Below are positions 63,500 to 64,000 of a DNA stretch of 64,000 nucleotides, one piece after another. The stretch's first letter is position 1; every line of letters starts with the position of its first letter. This stretch comes from a virus. Location of the stretch: the IMG/VR virus record IMGVR_UViG_3300027798_000035, positions 1 to 64,000 of that record. One strand, given 5' to 3'. The notes under the pieces were generated by a model. The model searched no databases and had not been told where the DNA came from. It saw only the letters and a list, made by a program, of their open reading frames with translations. A program made the translations under genes and the position numbers.

Positions 63500-64000
63500 G
63501 ACTGGTCCTCTCCAAATAATGATTGCTGTCCCTCAATAGGCTGACCGCGCTTAGTCTTAGGCGCCTTCTCTTCCTTACCGCGCCGTACGCGACCCACCAA
63601 TGTATTACGCGCCTCACGAACAACATCAGGGTGAATTGCTTCTACCCCTTCGTTTCCGTCATACTCGTGCATATAATTGCTAAAGAGGGGCATGACTCTC
63701 CCCTGTTGTACCGTTGCTCGTTTTGGCACATCGCGTTTGTCAACAACACCAAACTTTGCAAGATGACGGACAACTCTGTGGCTATCCCGTGTCAGGGACT
63801 GGTCAGGGATTAACGGCAAACCAGACTCAGTAGCATCCTGATGAGCAAGAGCCATTAGGCTCATTGCCGTGGTGTTATTACCACCCATAGTTCCAGCCAT
63901 CATGGACAATTTACGGTGCGCTGGTTGACCATAATCAGCAAACAGACGACCCTGACGGGAAGTCTCTGCATTTGGGTTTGTATTGTAGTCCTTGGGGTAC
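63496..64000 (-). CDS. hypothetical protein, 5'-truncated by the window
   Basis: The frame of 63496..63909 stays open to 64000 (YPKDYNTNPNAETSRQGRLFADY...); ends GQQSLFGEDQS. Confidence 0.7.
   Translation of the reverse strand, partial: YPKDYNTNPNAETSRQGRLFADYGQPAHRKLSMMAGTMGGNNTTAMSLMALAHQDATESGLPLIPDQSLTRDSHRVVRHLAKFGVVDKRDVPKRATVQQGRVMPLFSNYMHEYDGNEGVEAIHPDVVREARNTLVGRVRRGKEEKAPKTKRGQPIEGQQSLFGEDQS

Noticed and set aside
1-64000. Stop-codon reassignment or prophage integration
   Set aside because: Core genes are full length in the standard code and end in TAA, TGA and TAG. No integrase, att site or host genes are seen.

Overview
This 64-kb window is part of a tailed dsDNA phage genome with a contractile tail (myovirus type). 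Almost all genes are on the minus strand, with one four-gene plus-strand operon at 17264-18093. Gene order and protein families resemble actinobacterial myoviruses (mycobacteriophage cluster C-like and freshwater actinophages), but the host is inferred, not shown. Modules in coordinate order: (1-3.5 kb) many small charged proteins, three with a shared N-terminal motif; (3.5-17.1 kb) SpoVS homologue, two resolvase-like PD-(D/E)XK nucleases, Cas4-like exonuclease, RecA, PolA, gp32-like SSB, primase, DnaB, DnaC-like loader and an HTH initiator containing iteron-like repeats; (17.2-18.1 kb) a divergent inverted repeat and a lysine-rich operon; (18.1-40.7 kb) baseplate, tape measure with two muralytic domains, chaperone, tube, sheath, neck, capsid, scaffold and portal; (40.7-49.2 kb) phosphoesterase, terminase and endolysin; (49.2-59.7 kb) a modular tail-fibre array; (59.7-64 kb) membrane proteins, a mucin-like surface protein and an ADP-ribosyltransferase-like protein. 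I found no tRNA, rRNA, CRISPR array, integrase or reverse transcriptase. All family calls come from motif recognition by eye, and no database searches were run.
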